DNA from: Eledone cirrhosa
Lineage: Eukaryota
DNA: 64,000 nt
Assembly (NCBI GenBank): GCA_964016885.1
Contig: OZ024749.1
Coordinates: forward strand, 29,574,001-29,638,000
Reading direction: 5' to 3'
The notes beneath the pieces are model-generated. The model ran no database searches, was not told the origin of the DNA, and worked only from the letters and a program-made list of their open reading frames with translations. Positions 43,113-54,649 of this stretch are shown here, piece by piece. Each line of letters opens with the position of its first letter. Position 1 is the first letter of the stretch. A program made the translations under genes and the position numbers.

Positions 43113-44656
43113 GTACTAAACGAAAGATATATACTTTATATCATCTCTATTTATTTCATTATATATATTTCAAAGATGTAAAGTTTTATGTATAATATAA
43201 AGCAAAACATGTCCTCTTCAGGTAAAATACATGGATGTATACCGTATTTCCCGGCTTCGAAGACGCTACCTTTTCACTAAAACAAGCCTAAAAAATCTCC
43301 TGGAGGCCGAAGGGTGTTTATTATTTTTTTTCAAATTTTTGATTGTCAAAATTAGGATGCGTCCTAGAGGACGAAGCGTCTTTGCGCCGGGAAATAGGGT
43401 AATTCTTTCATGATATGCTGGTAGACAAACAAGCTGGACAGATCGGTGACCACCAAGCATATGACTAGAAAAAAAAAAAAAAAAAAAATATATATATAGG
43501 AAAATGGCGGGCTGTGTGGTCGCAATTAAGTATAATGAAGATAAAAGTTACGGGCGAAAGAGGGTAATATCCATTGTCAGTTGGTCTGCTAGGAATCATA
43601 GGTATTTCTTCGCGTTAGAGACAAGATACCTCAGCCTAGGGCGAACAATAACTAAAATAAGTTATTGGGATGAAAAAAGTAGGGGGGGGGATGTAAACAG
43701 ACACGAAGGGAATAACACAAGAGTCGACTGAAAAGTTCATAGGTTGACCAAGACATTCTCATGGAATGACTAGATCAAGGTTTATTTTTCAACATAGTCC
43801 CTTGAAAGAAACAATGCAGTTATTAATAAGAGGGTTTGAAATTAATGCATTCAAAATTTCACAGCTCTAACATCACTCTTTCATAGCCAGCAAATGAATT
43901 TTTCAGATGATCCTCGTATGGAAAGGCTTTGATTATAAGTTTGCTTTGATTATAAGTTTGCTCTCGACGCTATTATTAAAGTCTACTAGGTATCCTACTA
44001 GGGCGCACACCTCAGAATGTGTAATTAGAGAGTCTTAAACAGAGTCTTAAGAAATCAGTTTTATACAAATTTATATAATTAAATCAAATATATAATTTCA
44101 TTTGACCAATAAATAAATCACTAAACACCTTTGCCGTATAGCAGCGTGATGGAAATATCCAAAGCGGTGGAGAGGGCTGTATGGTGTTATGACCTGTATC
44201 AATGATTGAGCCTGTGTGTGCGTGGATTGTACAGTGGAAAATGCAGACTTAGTAATTTTTTAAGGTCATTAGAGCAGGAAGTGTAAAAAACTAGGTTGCT
44301 TAGTTGACCAAATTGAATATTATTTCGGAAAATCAGACGCACAATTGGGTATAGAAGAGTGTATACATTGTGGAACTAGCCTATGATACTAGACACCCAG
44401 CTGCTGGCTCTGCCTGGGGCTAAACAACAACCACAACAACAACAACAACAACAACACGTATAGTATATTATCTTAGTCTTGGTGATAATAATGGGGAGAA
44501 TCGGTGAGAAATGGCGAGAAATCTAATCTTCCCCGAAGTTTTTCTCCATAAAACTTGTGTTGTGTTAAATCTGACGCAAATAACATGGTTTAGATAAATC
44601 ATATGAAATGGACAGTAACGCAGTGTTTCGTCTCGCCTGATCTTGTCTTTTTTTCG

Positions 44657-44707
<51 letters not shown>

Positions 44708-44824
44708 CATCATCATTATCATCATCTTCCTTATCACCGCCACCATCCTTCTTATTGTCCACCGTCTTTTCTCAAGATAATATATTAAAAAGAAAAAAAT
44801 ATATATTGTACAGAAGAAGTTGAC

Positions 44825-44856
<32 letters not shown>

Positions 44857-45730
44857 CTTCTTCTTCTTCTTCTTCTTCTTCTTCTTCTTCTTCTTCTTCT
44901 TCTTCTCTAAAACATATATATAATTTAAATTATCTTTACAATGGACGGTATACAATAAAAATGCGATGCACAATAAAAAATTAGATAGCTAAACTACCCC
45001 CTCCCCCCCCCCAATAAATAAAAATGCGAAACAAAAGAAAACAAACAAACAAGAAAATAGCAACGAGTATAATATGAGAGGAAATATGATAACAGTAGTA
45101 ATATTGTTTGGGGGGTAAGTCGGAGTAAATGTGATAACCGTAGTCATTTTTTGTTTGGTCTCTTTAAGAGACCATACACCGTAGTATTCATCACATGCTG
45201 CACAATACTTATATTATCTTGCCCCATCTTTTAGGAAGAAAAAGAACAAAGCCGTAGAACGAATTACCGTTCCTCTCCCTCTCCCTTTCTTTTGTAGCTT
45301 GGTCTTTCTTTCTTTTTCTCCTTTTCATTTTCTTTTCCCTTCCCTATAATAGTGTGTTATTTTTATTTTTATTAGATACTGCACAATTATTTATATAGAA
45401 CTATTTCGTATGGATTAAATCAATGAAAAAAAAAAGAAAAAATTAATGATCCCTTAAAAAAAGTATATTACTCATTATCAAACGATCTGGACGTCCGTCT
45501 GTCCGTTTGTCTGTTTGACTGTCTAGCTTTCTGTCTGTCTACCTGCCTGTTTGTCTGTGTGTCTATCTCTCCGCTTGCCAATCTGTCTGTCTATCAATCT
45601 CTCTAGCTGTGCGCCCGTCAGTTTGTCTCTCTGTTTGTCTGTCCTTCTATCTGTCTGTTTGTCTGGCAAATATCAAATTATGGTATATTAGTTTAACACT
45701 TGATATATACGTACTTGTGTATGTGTGTAT

Positions 45731-46715
45731 GTATAAATATAATTCATACATACACATATACACACATATACATATATACATGCATACATCACATACACAC
45801 ATATATACGTATACACACACATGCATACACATTCATAAACAGACACACATACACACTTTTATACATGCACACATATACATATATACACACATATACATAT
45901 ACACATGCATACATAACATACACATATATATACGTATACACACACATGCATACATAACATACACATATATATACGTATACACACACATGCATACACACAT
46001 ATATACGTATACACACACATGCATACACATTCATAAACAGACACACATACACACTTTTATACATGCACACATATACATATATACACACATATACATATAC
46101 ACATGCATACATAACATACACATATATATACGTATACACACACATGCATACACACATATATACGTATACACACACATGCATACACATTCATAAACAGACA
46201 CACATACACACTTTTATACATGCACACATATACATATATACACACATATACATATATACACACATATACATATATACATGCATACATATATACATGCATA
46301 CATAACATCCACATTTATATACGTATACACACATATATGCATACACATTCATAAACAGATACACACATACAAACTCATATACATGCAGACATATACATAC
46401 ACCCATATTCATACATACGCATATAACACATATATATACACACATTCGCACATATACACACATACATACACACATATACACACACATACACACACATACA
46501 CGCACATTTATAAACACATACACACATATACACTCATATATATATATACATACATATATATATATATACATACATACATATACGTACACCCATATTCATA
46601 CATACACACATACACACATATACATACATATATACACATACACACACACACAGACACACACAGACACGTACATGCACATTCATAAGCACACACGCATATA
46701 CACTCATATACATCC
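45731..46715. repeat. Higher-order CA/TA-rich repeat (recurring cattcataaacagacacac and tatatacgtatacacacacatgcatac)
   Basis: cattcataaacaga recurs at about 45830, 46028, 46185 and 46346. Confidence 0.85.
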
Positions 46716-46894
46716 AGATATATCTACATAAAGACTCTTTTTCTACAATATTTTTCATACTAACATATGACCTAGTTTTACCGACAGCTTTCATGTGTAA
46801 TTAGGTCAGCGGCGTACAATTAACGAAATTAATTTGCTATTAATTATTACTAATTATATCAGTTTAGCATTACTAGTAATCATATATTAATAAT

Positions 46895-46998
46895 TGTTGC
46901 TACATTTGGCACAAAGCCAGCAATTACCCAGTGCATTACTGGTACTTTATTTAATCGACACCGCAAGATTGAAAATTTAACTTCGGCGGGATTTGAAG

Positions 46999-46999
<1 letters not shown>
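46895..46999 (-). mobile_element. Family S SINE fragment cut off by a (TA)n tract
   Basis: ttggcacaaagccagcaattacccagtgcattactggtactttat...cttcggcgggatttgaa. Confidence 0.8.
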
Positions 47000-47043
<44 letters not shown>

Positions 47044-47103
47044 CCAAGGCTCTGATACCATCAACACTATACACACATAGCTGGCATATCTAAGAACTGA
47101 CTA

Positions 47104-47159
47104 ACTGCCTGATGAGGTCATAGCCATTCAATGGCTATCATCGAAATATATATAGCAGT
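47104..47159 (+). ncRNA. Minimal type I hammerhead ribozyme (palindromic stem III) in a ~165-bp insert (47041-47204)
   Basis: actgc-CTGATGA-ggtcatagcca ttcaa tggctatcatc-GAAA-tatata-TA-gcagt: perfect stem I, stem II atagcca/tggctat, followed by aaataaa. Confidence 0.88.
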
Positions 47160-47204
47160 AAATAAAGGATTATGAGTTCATGCAATTGACTTATGTTTCG
47201 TCAC

Positions 47205-47237
<33 letters not shown>

Positions 47238-47355
47238 GCAAAAGTTCTATTTAAAATTGTTGGGATACAACAAGTAAATATTTTTATAACTGATATAAAG
47301 CACTCGACAAATTTTTGGAGTAGATATACGATATTAGTTTCCATTTATTAATATC

Positions 47356-47430
<75 letters not shown>

Positions 47431-47434
<4 letters not shown>

Positions 47435-47670
47435 GAATTAGTATATCTACCAACATATGCGTACAGATGTACACTAATGCTAGCAAATACATAAGTTATG
47501 TCATAGTACCTAGGTGGTTCAATGCAGGAGGATGCAGAACAATAATATGAAAGACGTCAAATAAGAAAATTAAAAAAAAAAAAAAAAATTAACTTACTTA
47601 CTAGTTGGAGTGAAAATTTTAGTAAGTAAGTTAATTTTTAATTTTTTTTTAAATTTTCTTATTTTACGTC

Positions 47671-47678
<8 letters not shown>
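47431..47678. mobile_element. Foldback insert in (TA)n
   Basis: Arms atatgaaagacgt.aaataagaaaatt..aattaacttacttacta / tagtaagtaagttaatt..aattttcttattt.acgtctttcatat (about 47545-47678). Confidence 0.65.
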
Positions 47679-47730
<52 letters not shown>

Positions 47731-47732
<2 letters not shown>

Positions 47733-47923
47733 GTAGGTCCCGGGTTGAGTCGGGGATAACCACAGTAAGTAAGGTACTCAATACATGGCAGAGTAAAAAT
47801 TTTATTTTTATTTTATAGAAGGAGCTTCTACAGGTCTAGTACTGTTTCATTCAGATGAAATCTTCAGGAAGCTCTGAATGAAACAGTACTAGACCTGTAG
47901 AAGCTCCTTCTATAAAATAAAAT
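47731..47923 (-). mobile_element. Family B element with inverted segment, in (TA)n
   Basis: Reverse complement of 48972-49110 plus an inverted copy at 47874-47923. Confidence 0.85.
47823..47873 (-). ncRNA. Type I hammerhead ribozyme (family B)
   Basis: Minus strand: agcttc-CTGAAGA-tttcatctgaat-GAAA-cag tactagac ctg-TA-gaagct. Confidence 0.85.
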
Positions 47924-48101
47924 ATATATATATATATATATTAGATATATCTCATTTGAAATAATACAGCCAACTTTCCACGCAATACTTTTAGTTAGCA
48001 CCCCGAACACATAATTGGGAATATAATCACTTATTTCCTAATGTTTGTTGAGTGAGTGGGAATTTGGCCGGAGTATCGCTAAAAAGCTTTCTCCGATATT
48101 G

Positions 48102-48139
<38 letters not shown>

Positions 48140-48423
48140 AATAAGGGCGCTGCGGAGTTGCAAATGGGTTACATATGAAAAAAGTTTGTCCTTCATCAGT
48201 GATCTTCCAACTATCATAGGCATTTCATCGCTTTAAAGACCATATATATATATATATGTATATAAGACTCTTTATTTCATTTTACACACACACACATAAA
48301 CATACCAATATTATATGTGTGTATTGGGTGGATTGGTACCATCGGTATATATATATATATGGCAAAACTTGAACCGTTAAGATCTCCTTCCTGGATATGT
48401 CAATATTTATAAAACAAACTTTG

Positions 48424-48484
48424 TATTTTATCTGATGAGAGCGTACCAAAGTTTTGGTACCCTTGAAATATATATAATAGAATA
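48424..48484 (+). ncRNA. Minimal type I hammerhead ribozyme (palindromic stem III) in a ~170-bp insert (48361-48530)
   Basis: tattttat-CTGATGA-gagcgtacca aagttt tggtaccctt-GAAA-tatata-TA-atagaata; stem I is 8 bp with one G-U; followed by aataaa. Confidence 0.85.
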
Positions 48485-48579
48485 AATATGGTTTTATAAA
48501 TATAGTTTCCATTTATTAATATCATTGATACACACACACACACAGACACACACATACACACACATATATATATATATAT

Positions 48580-49110
48580 GTTAACTTGACCACTCACCAT
48601 AGAACAATGGTCTGTGCCATGATTCGGTCTTGTTTATCTTCTAATACCAACCCACCTAAAAAAATTTCCCTACTATATATCTGTTAAATTACTATTCTTG
48701 GGGTTTTTATTTATTTTTATTTATTTATTTATTTATTTATTCATTTATTTATTTATTTATTTATTTATTTACTTTTTCTTTTTCTTTTTCTTTTTCTTTT
48801 TATTTTACAAAAGCACTCCGGCTAATTGACCACTCCCCAAAGAAAAAACGGTCTGTGCCATGTTATGGTCCTGTGTATCTAAATGCCACCCCCCCAAAAA
48901 AATCCCCCCACCCCCTACCCCTCCCTTACCACCACCTAAATGTATAAATACCAGAACTTAATATGACACCCAGCTTCCTGAAGATTTCATCTGAATGAAA
49001 CAGTTCTAGTCCTGTAGAAGCTCCTTCTATACAGTAAATATATTTTACTCTGCCATGTATTGAGTACCTTACTTACTGTGGTTATCCCCGACTCAACCCG
49101 GGACCTACGT
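48580..49110 (+). mobile_element. Longer family B copy (PLE-like 3' end) with an internal imperfect direct repeat
   Basis: ttgaccactc.c.a.aga..aa.ggtctgtgccatg occurs at about 48586 and 48826; then the hammerhead and the family B tail ending cgggacctacgt-(AT)n. Confidence 0.75.
48972..49022 (+). ncRNA. Type I hammerhead ribozyme (family B)
   Basis: agcttc-CTGAAGA-tttcatctgaat-GAAA-cag ttctagtc ctg-TA-gaagct: perfect 6-bp stem I, GUA cleavage triplet, weak stem II. Confidence 0.85.
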
Positions 49111-49129
49111 ATATATATATATAAATATA

Positions 49130-49603
49130 TTCGTTGGATTTTCAAATTGGATTTTCACTCTGAAACTGGATATACACCCGGAGTTTACCTGAACTTCCAC
49201 CCACCCGGAAATCTCTTCGTTTCATTGATATTTTCTTTGCTTCTTGCATTATTTAAATATACCACGACTCCCTATCACTTTTCCTCAACTAAATTCTTCT
49301 TTCTTCCGCCTTCTTCTCATCCGTCTATTTTTCTCTCCCACCCTAGTACCTTCAACATGTTCAATCTCAAATCTTTTCTTCACCAGCTCCATTCCACTCT
49401 CAAACGCTACATGAATGGACCTGTTACTTTTCTCTAAAAAACATTTTTTCCAATTCCACCCCACCCGTCCCTTCAATCTTTCTTGTGATGAAAGACTAGC
49501 GTCCAAAACGTTAAGACCCTCTTCCTGCTATTTCAAGCGTTACCTTATTATATATTCCTTCCATATACTGTACCGATTGTGTTGTTATTTCTGTTTACTT
49601 TTT
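49130..49603 (+). mobile_element. Decayed PLE-like 3' end with a degenerate hammerhead (~49480-49516)
   Basis: tctt-gTGATGA-aagac tagc gtcc-aAAA-cg-TT-aaga (two core changes); its tail aagcgtta.ct.a.tatat...ccatatactgtaccgattgtgttgttatttctgtttac also occurs alone at 15525-15590 and 42077-42143. Confidence 0.55.
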
Positions 49604-49805
49604 ATACACACACACACACACGCATATATATATATATATTCAGGTTTGAGGTTCACCACTGTATAGAGCTGGTCTATTCCTTATGGTCAATCGTAATGTA
49701 ATAATATAGAGAGTACGGAACCCGGTCATTGAAATGATCATAGTATAATAAACCTTTCAAGGATTTACACAAATCCAGCCTCCTGTCATTTCATTATAAT
49801 ATATA

Positions 49806-50165
49806 TATATATTAGTAAAAAGAAAAAGAAAATGCTGACAAATTTTTCCCAGTGAAAAATAGTTTAATTAGGAATAAGTATAAATTAGTAATAAGTATTA
49901 GTTAGTATTCAGTTTTAGTTTTAAGTTTTTACCGGTTGCGCATTTCTTATGCTTTTCAAAAATAATTTCGAGATAGAGTGCTCGTGATTTTTGCTCTATC
50001 TCGAAATTATTTTTGAAAAGCATAAGAAATGCGCAACCGGTAAAAACTTAAAACTAAAACTGAATACTAACTAATACTTATTACTAATTTATACTTATTC
50101 CTAATTAAACTATTTTTCACTGGGAAAAATTTGTCAGCATTTTCTTTTCCTTTTTACTAATATAT
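49806..50165. repeat. Near-perfect palindrome, ~170-bp arms with a ~15-nt loop
   Basis: 49806-49978 is the reverse complement of 49994-50165 with about one mismatch; bounded by (TA)n. Confidence 0.95.
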
Positions 50166-50217
50166 CAGAACTCGTGTGTCACACCTCTATTTTTATATAT
50201 ATTTATATATATATATA

Positions 50218-50733
50218 GGATTGCCAAGATGAGGGAGACAAGCTACTGGGAGAGGCTAAAGGAACTGAACCTCTACTCCTTGGAGCGAAGACGGGAGAGA
50301 TACGCAGTGATCTACATGTGGAAAATCCTGGAGGGACTAACACCAAACTTTGGCATTGGGAGCTGGACCAACCGTCGAACAGGACGTCACTGTGTGGTGC
50401 CAAAGGTCCCGTCTTCCACATCTAGAATAAGGAGCAGGTATTGCAATAGCCTGGGATTCAAGGGCCCTCAACTCTTCAACAGGCTGCCGAGGGATCTGAG
50501 AGACTTGCATGACGTGGAGGTGGATGTCTTTAAGAAACATCTCGACACCTTGTTATCCAGGATCCTGGATGAGCCCACAGCAAGACACGAGGGAAACCTA
50601 AGGGCAGCAGCAACAAACTCCCTCTTACACCAGTGGCCAACCTATACAGGCTGGAGATAAAATGTGTAGCAACAAGGGCGGTGCCCCAGCATGGCCTCAG
50701 CCGGATGGCTGAAACAGGTAAAAGAGTAAAAGA

Positions 50734-50735
<2 letters not shown>
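50218..50735 (+). mobile_element. 5'-truncated CR1-group LINE 3' end (ORF2 C-terminus 50229-50660 plus 3' tail), in (TA)n
   Basis: SYWERLKELNLYSLERRRERY..GPQLFNRLP..FKKHLD is a CR1-type C-terminal pattern; the tail has hairpin cagcc-ggat-ggctg and the repeat (gtaaaaga)2. Confidence 0.85.
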
Positions 50736-50775
<40 letters not shown>

Positions 50776-50792
50776 GATAATCAGCGTGTATA

Positions 50793-50823
<31 letters not shown>

Positions 50824-50894
50824 TAAGAACGTTGTGCTGATGATGATCTGAGATGCTATAAAATAGCTTAGAGAAAAGACGAAAAAAAAGAAGT

Positions 50895-50954
<60 letters not shown>

Positions 50955-50957
<3 letters not shown>

Positions 50958-50985
50958 CGCAGTCTGATGACTGAAGCCAGTAAAA
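50955..50985 (+). mobile_element. Isolated SINE/LINE 3'-tail remnant
   Basis: ggccgcagtctgatgactgaagccagtaaaag matches the tail at 50693-50723 and the 50-bp satellite. Confidence 0.7.
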
Positions 50986-51689
50986 GTTCCCTCACACACA
51001 CATATATATATATATATACTTATATATATATACTTATATATATATATTTATATATAGATTTATATTATATATAAATAGATAAACGCGGCTTCGGTTCTCT
51101 CTCAGTGATTCTGTTTTGTTTTCAGTCTAAAAAGTCTAAAAATAGTGATAGCTATAACGTCTGATCATAAATCTAGCCGAGTTATCGATGTTTCAAGACC
51201 TTTCCGGCCTTATTTTCTCGAGGAAATAATTCCACTCGTGTCCGTTATTGCTATTTTATGTTTCATTTATCATCGGTTGAGAAACACGGAAGAGTAATTG
51301 TTAAGTATTTGTTTCTCAGTAATCAGGAAATAATTGTAACGTGGTGTCTCACACGAAACTTTTACTACAACACGAACTGTCTTTGTTGAGTTTTCCTTTT
51401 ATCTTATTTTCATATAACGATACTATTTTTGTTTGTCTTCATAACTTTTCTATATAGTAAAGATTTTTGTATAGGAAAGAAGTAGTAGGTGGTAAATAAA
51501 TAACACATATACACCAGGTTTCGAATACAATGGAACCAAATTCCCACTGGAACTGCCTCCGTCACTCTCACTCTCCCCATCACTCACTATTACAAGCAAA
51601 TAAGGGCCCAGGATCTGGCCACCCTTCGGCCCCGGTGGACAGAATAGAGAAAGCGTTTCCCCGGAGGATGGTGAGGCGATAGAATAGCC

Positions 51690-53075
51690 AACTATTCTAT
51701 GGTTCCTTTTCATAACTATTCTATCGTTTGTCTTCATACCTATTCTAGTGTTTGTCTTCATAACTATACTATGGTTTGTCTTCATACCTATTCTATTGTT
51801 TGTTCCTCTACATAACTATACTATAGTTTGTCTTCACACCTATTCTATTGTTTCCTCTTCATACCTATTCTATGGTTCCTTTTCATAACTATACTATGGT
51901 TCCTCCATTTAACTATACTATTGTTCCGCTTCATAACTATTTTATGGATTGTTTTCATAACTATACTATTGTTTGTCTTCATAACTATTCTATTGTATCT
52001 CTTCATACCTATTCTATGGTTCCTCTTCATAGCTATACTATTGTTTGTCTTCATAACTATTCTATTGTATCTCTTCATACCTATTCTATGGTTCCTCTTC
52101 ATAACTATACTATAGTTTGTCTTCATAACTATTCTATTGTATCTCTTCATACCTATTCTATGGTTCCTCTTCATAACTATACTATAGTTTGTCTTCATAA
52201 CTATTCTATTGTATCTCTTCATACCTATTCTATGGTTCCTCTTAATAGCTATACTATAGTTTGTCTACATAACTATTCTATTGTATCTCTTCATACCTAT
52301 TCTATGGTTCCTCTTCATAACTATACTATTGTTTGTCTTCATAACTATTCTATTGTATCTCTTCATACCTATTCTATGGTTCCTCTTCATAACTATACTA
52401 TTGTTTGTCTTCATAAATATTCTATTGAATCTCTTCATACCTATTCTATGGTTCCTCTTCATAACTATACTATAGTTTGTCTACATAACTATTCTATTGT
52501 ATCTCTTCATACCTATTCTATGGTTCCTCTTCATAACTATACTATAGTTTGTCTACATAACTATTCTATTGTATCTCTTCATACCTATTCTATGGTTCCT
52601 CTTCATAGCTATACTATTGTTTGTCTACATAACTATTCTATTATATCTCTTCATACCTATTCTATGGTTCCTCTTCATAACTATACTATAGTTTGTCTAC
52701 ATAACTATTCTATTGTATCTCTTCATACCTATTCTATGGTTCCTCTTCATAACTATACTATTGTTTGTCTTCATAACTATTCTATTGTATCTCTTCATAC
52801 CTATTCTATGGTTCCTCTTCATAACTATACTATTGTTTGTCTTCATAACTATTCTATTGAATCTCTTCATACCTATTCTATGGTTCCTCTTCATAGCTAT
52901 ACTATAGTTTGTCTTCATAACTATTCTATTGTATCTCTTCATACCTATTCTATGGTTCCTCTTCATAGCTATACTATTGTTTGTCTACATAACTATTCTA
53001 TTGAATCTCTTCATACCTATTCTATGGTTCCTCTTCATAGCTATACTATTGTTTGTCTACATAACTATTCTATTC
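51690..53075. repeat. 24-bp satellite with a 72-bp (3-mer) higher-order repeat
   Basis: Cyclic units cttcataactatactattgtttgt / cttcataactattctattgtatct / cttcatacctattctatggttcct. Confidence 0.95.
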
Positions 53076-53361
53076 TCTTCGTAATTATTGTATTTTTTCC
53101 TTTTCATAAAAATTCTATTTTTGTTTTGTTTTTTTAAGAGGAATTTTGTGTTGTTTAGTGGGGAAAAATAAATTTTATCAGACACAAAAACTCTTTCACT
53201 TGGCGAAACTTGTATTGCAAATAACTGCTACTTATTGATAACATATAATATAAATTACACCCCCCCGCACCATACATTACGGATGTGAAGGCGTGTTACT
53301 TAGTGGTTAGGGTGTTCCACTTACTATGTTTTGTTTGCTTCGTTGTTTCCGTTTACCTTTA

Positions 53362-53411
<50 letters not shown>

Positions 53412-53414
<3 letters not shown>

Positions 53415-53603
53415 AACGAGTAGGACCCCGACGGCTGATCTCAAGCCGTTTCGACGGCTAATTTTTAGTCCAGAATTAGCCCTCGAAACGGCTTGAGCTC
53501 AGCCGTCGGGGTCCTACTCGTTCCTATTACCCACTCTACTACCCTAAGTATTGAGTACTTTGGTGCGTTATGGTCCACCTGGTTCCTTACCACATTTCCT
53601 TCG

Positions 53604-53604
<1 letters not shown>
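53412..53604 (+). mobile_element. Family A element with ~50-bp inverted 5' arm, in (TA)n
   Basis: ggaacgagtaggaccccgacggctga..aagccgtttcga / tcgaaacggcttgagctcagccgtcggggtcctactcgttcc plus the family A tail. Confidence 0.85.
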
Positions 53605-53658
<54 letters not shown>

Positions 53659-53660
<2 letters not shown>

Positions 53661-53866
53661 AGTATAACACTGGAGGGTTATATCCGTAGTAGTAGAGCAC
53701 TCAGTCCATGGGACGAGTTTGGTAGAAGTAGTTCCATAACAGTTAGTTCACCATACCGAGAACAAATGTTTCACCTTATTCGGATCCTCAGATCGGTCGA
53801 AATGAAGTTCTATGAGGTGAGGATTTGTTCTCGGTATGGTGAACTAAGTGTTGTGGAAGTACTTCT
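53659..53866 (-). mobile_element. Foldback hammerhead-bearing insert of another family, between (TA)n and (CT)n
   Basis: Arms agaagta.ttcca.aaca.ttagttcaccataccgagaacaaat / atttgttctcggtatggtgaactaa.tgtt.tggaa.tacttct. Confidence 0.75.
53755..53797 (-). ncRNA. Compact type I hammerhead ribozyme
   Basis: Minus strand: accga(t)-CTGAGGA-tcc gaataa ggt-GAAA-catttg-TT-(c)tcggt; first stem I pair mismatched, short stems II and III. Confidence 0.65.
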
Positions 53867-53887
53867 CTCTCTCTCTCTCTCTCTCTC

Positions 53888-53968
<81 letters not shown>

Positions 53969-54077
53969 GAAAGGTATAGAAAACATTGTAGCAAAAGCCA
54001 ACAGTATTCCATAATATATATATACACACATATATATGTATATATATACACATATACACGCACACACACATATATAT

Positions 54078-54108
<31 letters not shown>

Positions 54109-54139
54109 CACACATATATATGTATATATATACACATAT

Positions 54140-54213
<74 letters not shown>

Positions 54214-54408
54214 ACACACACACACATATATATATATGTGCGTATACATATTCATATGTTCATTTCTTTAATCTCCTTTTGAACTACATCGACATCATTT
54301 CAGTAATACTTAGCAGCCATACATCGATTAGGAATAAATTTCACCAAAGACCGTCTTTCTTTATATCTAAGTTAACCAATGGCAATGTACGGGGAAAAGG
54401 CCATCTGT

Positions 54409-54444
<36 letters not shown>

Positions 54445-54649
54445 TTAATCACACACATAAACACACAGACATACAGACACATAGACACACACACGCTGAG
54501 TGCTTCTTAAAAACTGGAACAGTCATCTTTCGAAACCGACGGAGGTTCATTCCAATGAAGAAGATTCAGTGTGACACAAGAGGGCTATAAGTACAATCCA
54601 TTCATGGGCTTCCAAGCAGTTAATAAACATCTCTGAAAAGCCTATGTGG

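Noticed and set aside
48185-48210. Minus-strand CTGATGA (tcatcag)
   Set aside because: No downstream GAAA or stem closure is visible.
49750-49795. Minus-strand hairpin ggattt-gtgt-aaatcc followed by GAAA
   Set aside because: The CUGANGA core is not recognisable; at best a decayed remnant.
50830-50900. CTGATGA...hairpin...GAAA
   Set aside because: A stem II-like hairpin exists, but no UH cleavage site or stem I partner follows GAAA.
50955-50990. CTGATGA suggesting a hammerhead
   Set aside because: It is the loop of the SINE/LINE tail hairpin (cagtc-tgat-gactg); there is no GAAA or stem I.
51848-53137. 429-aa ORF, the longest in the window
   Set aside because: It lies almost entirely in the 24/72-bp satellite, has a non-ATG start and no domain.
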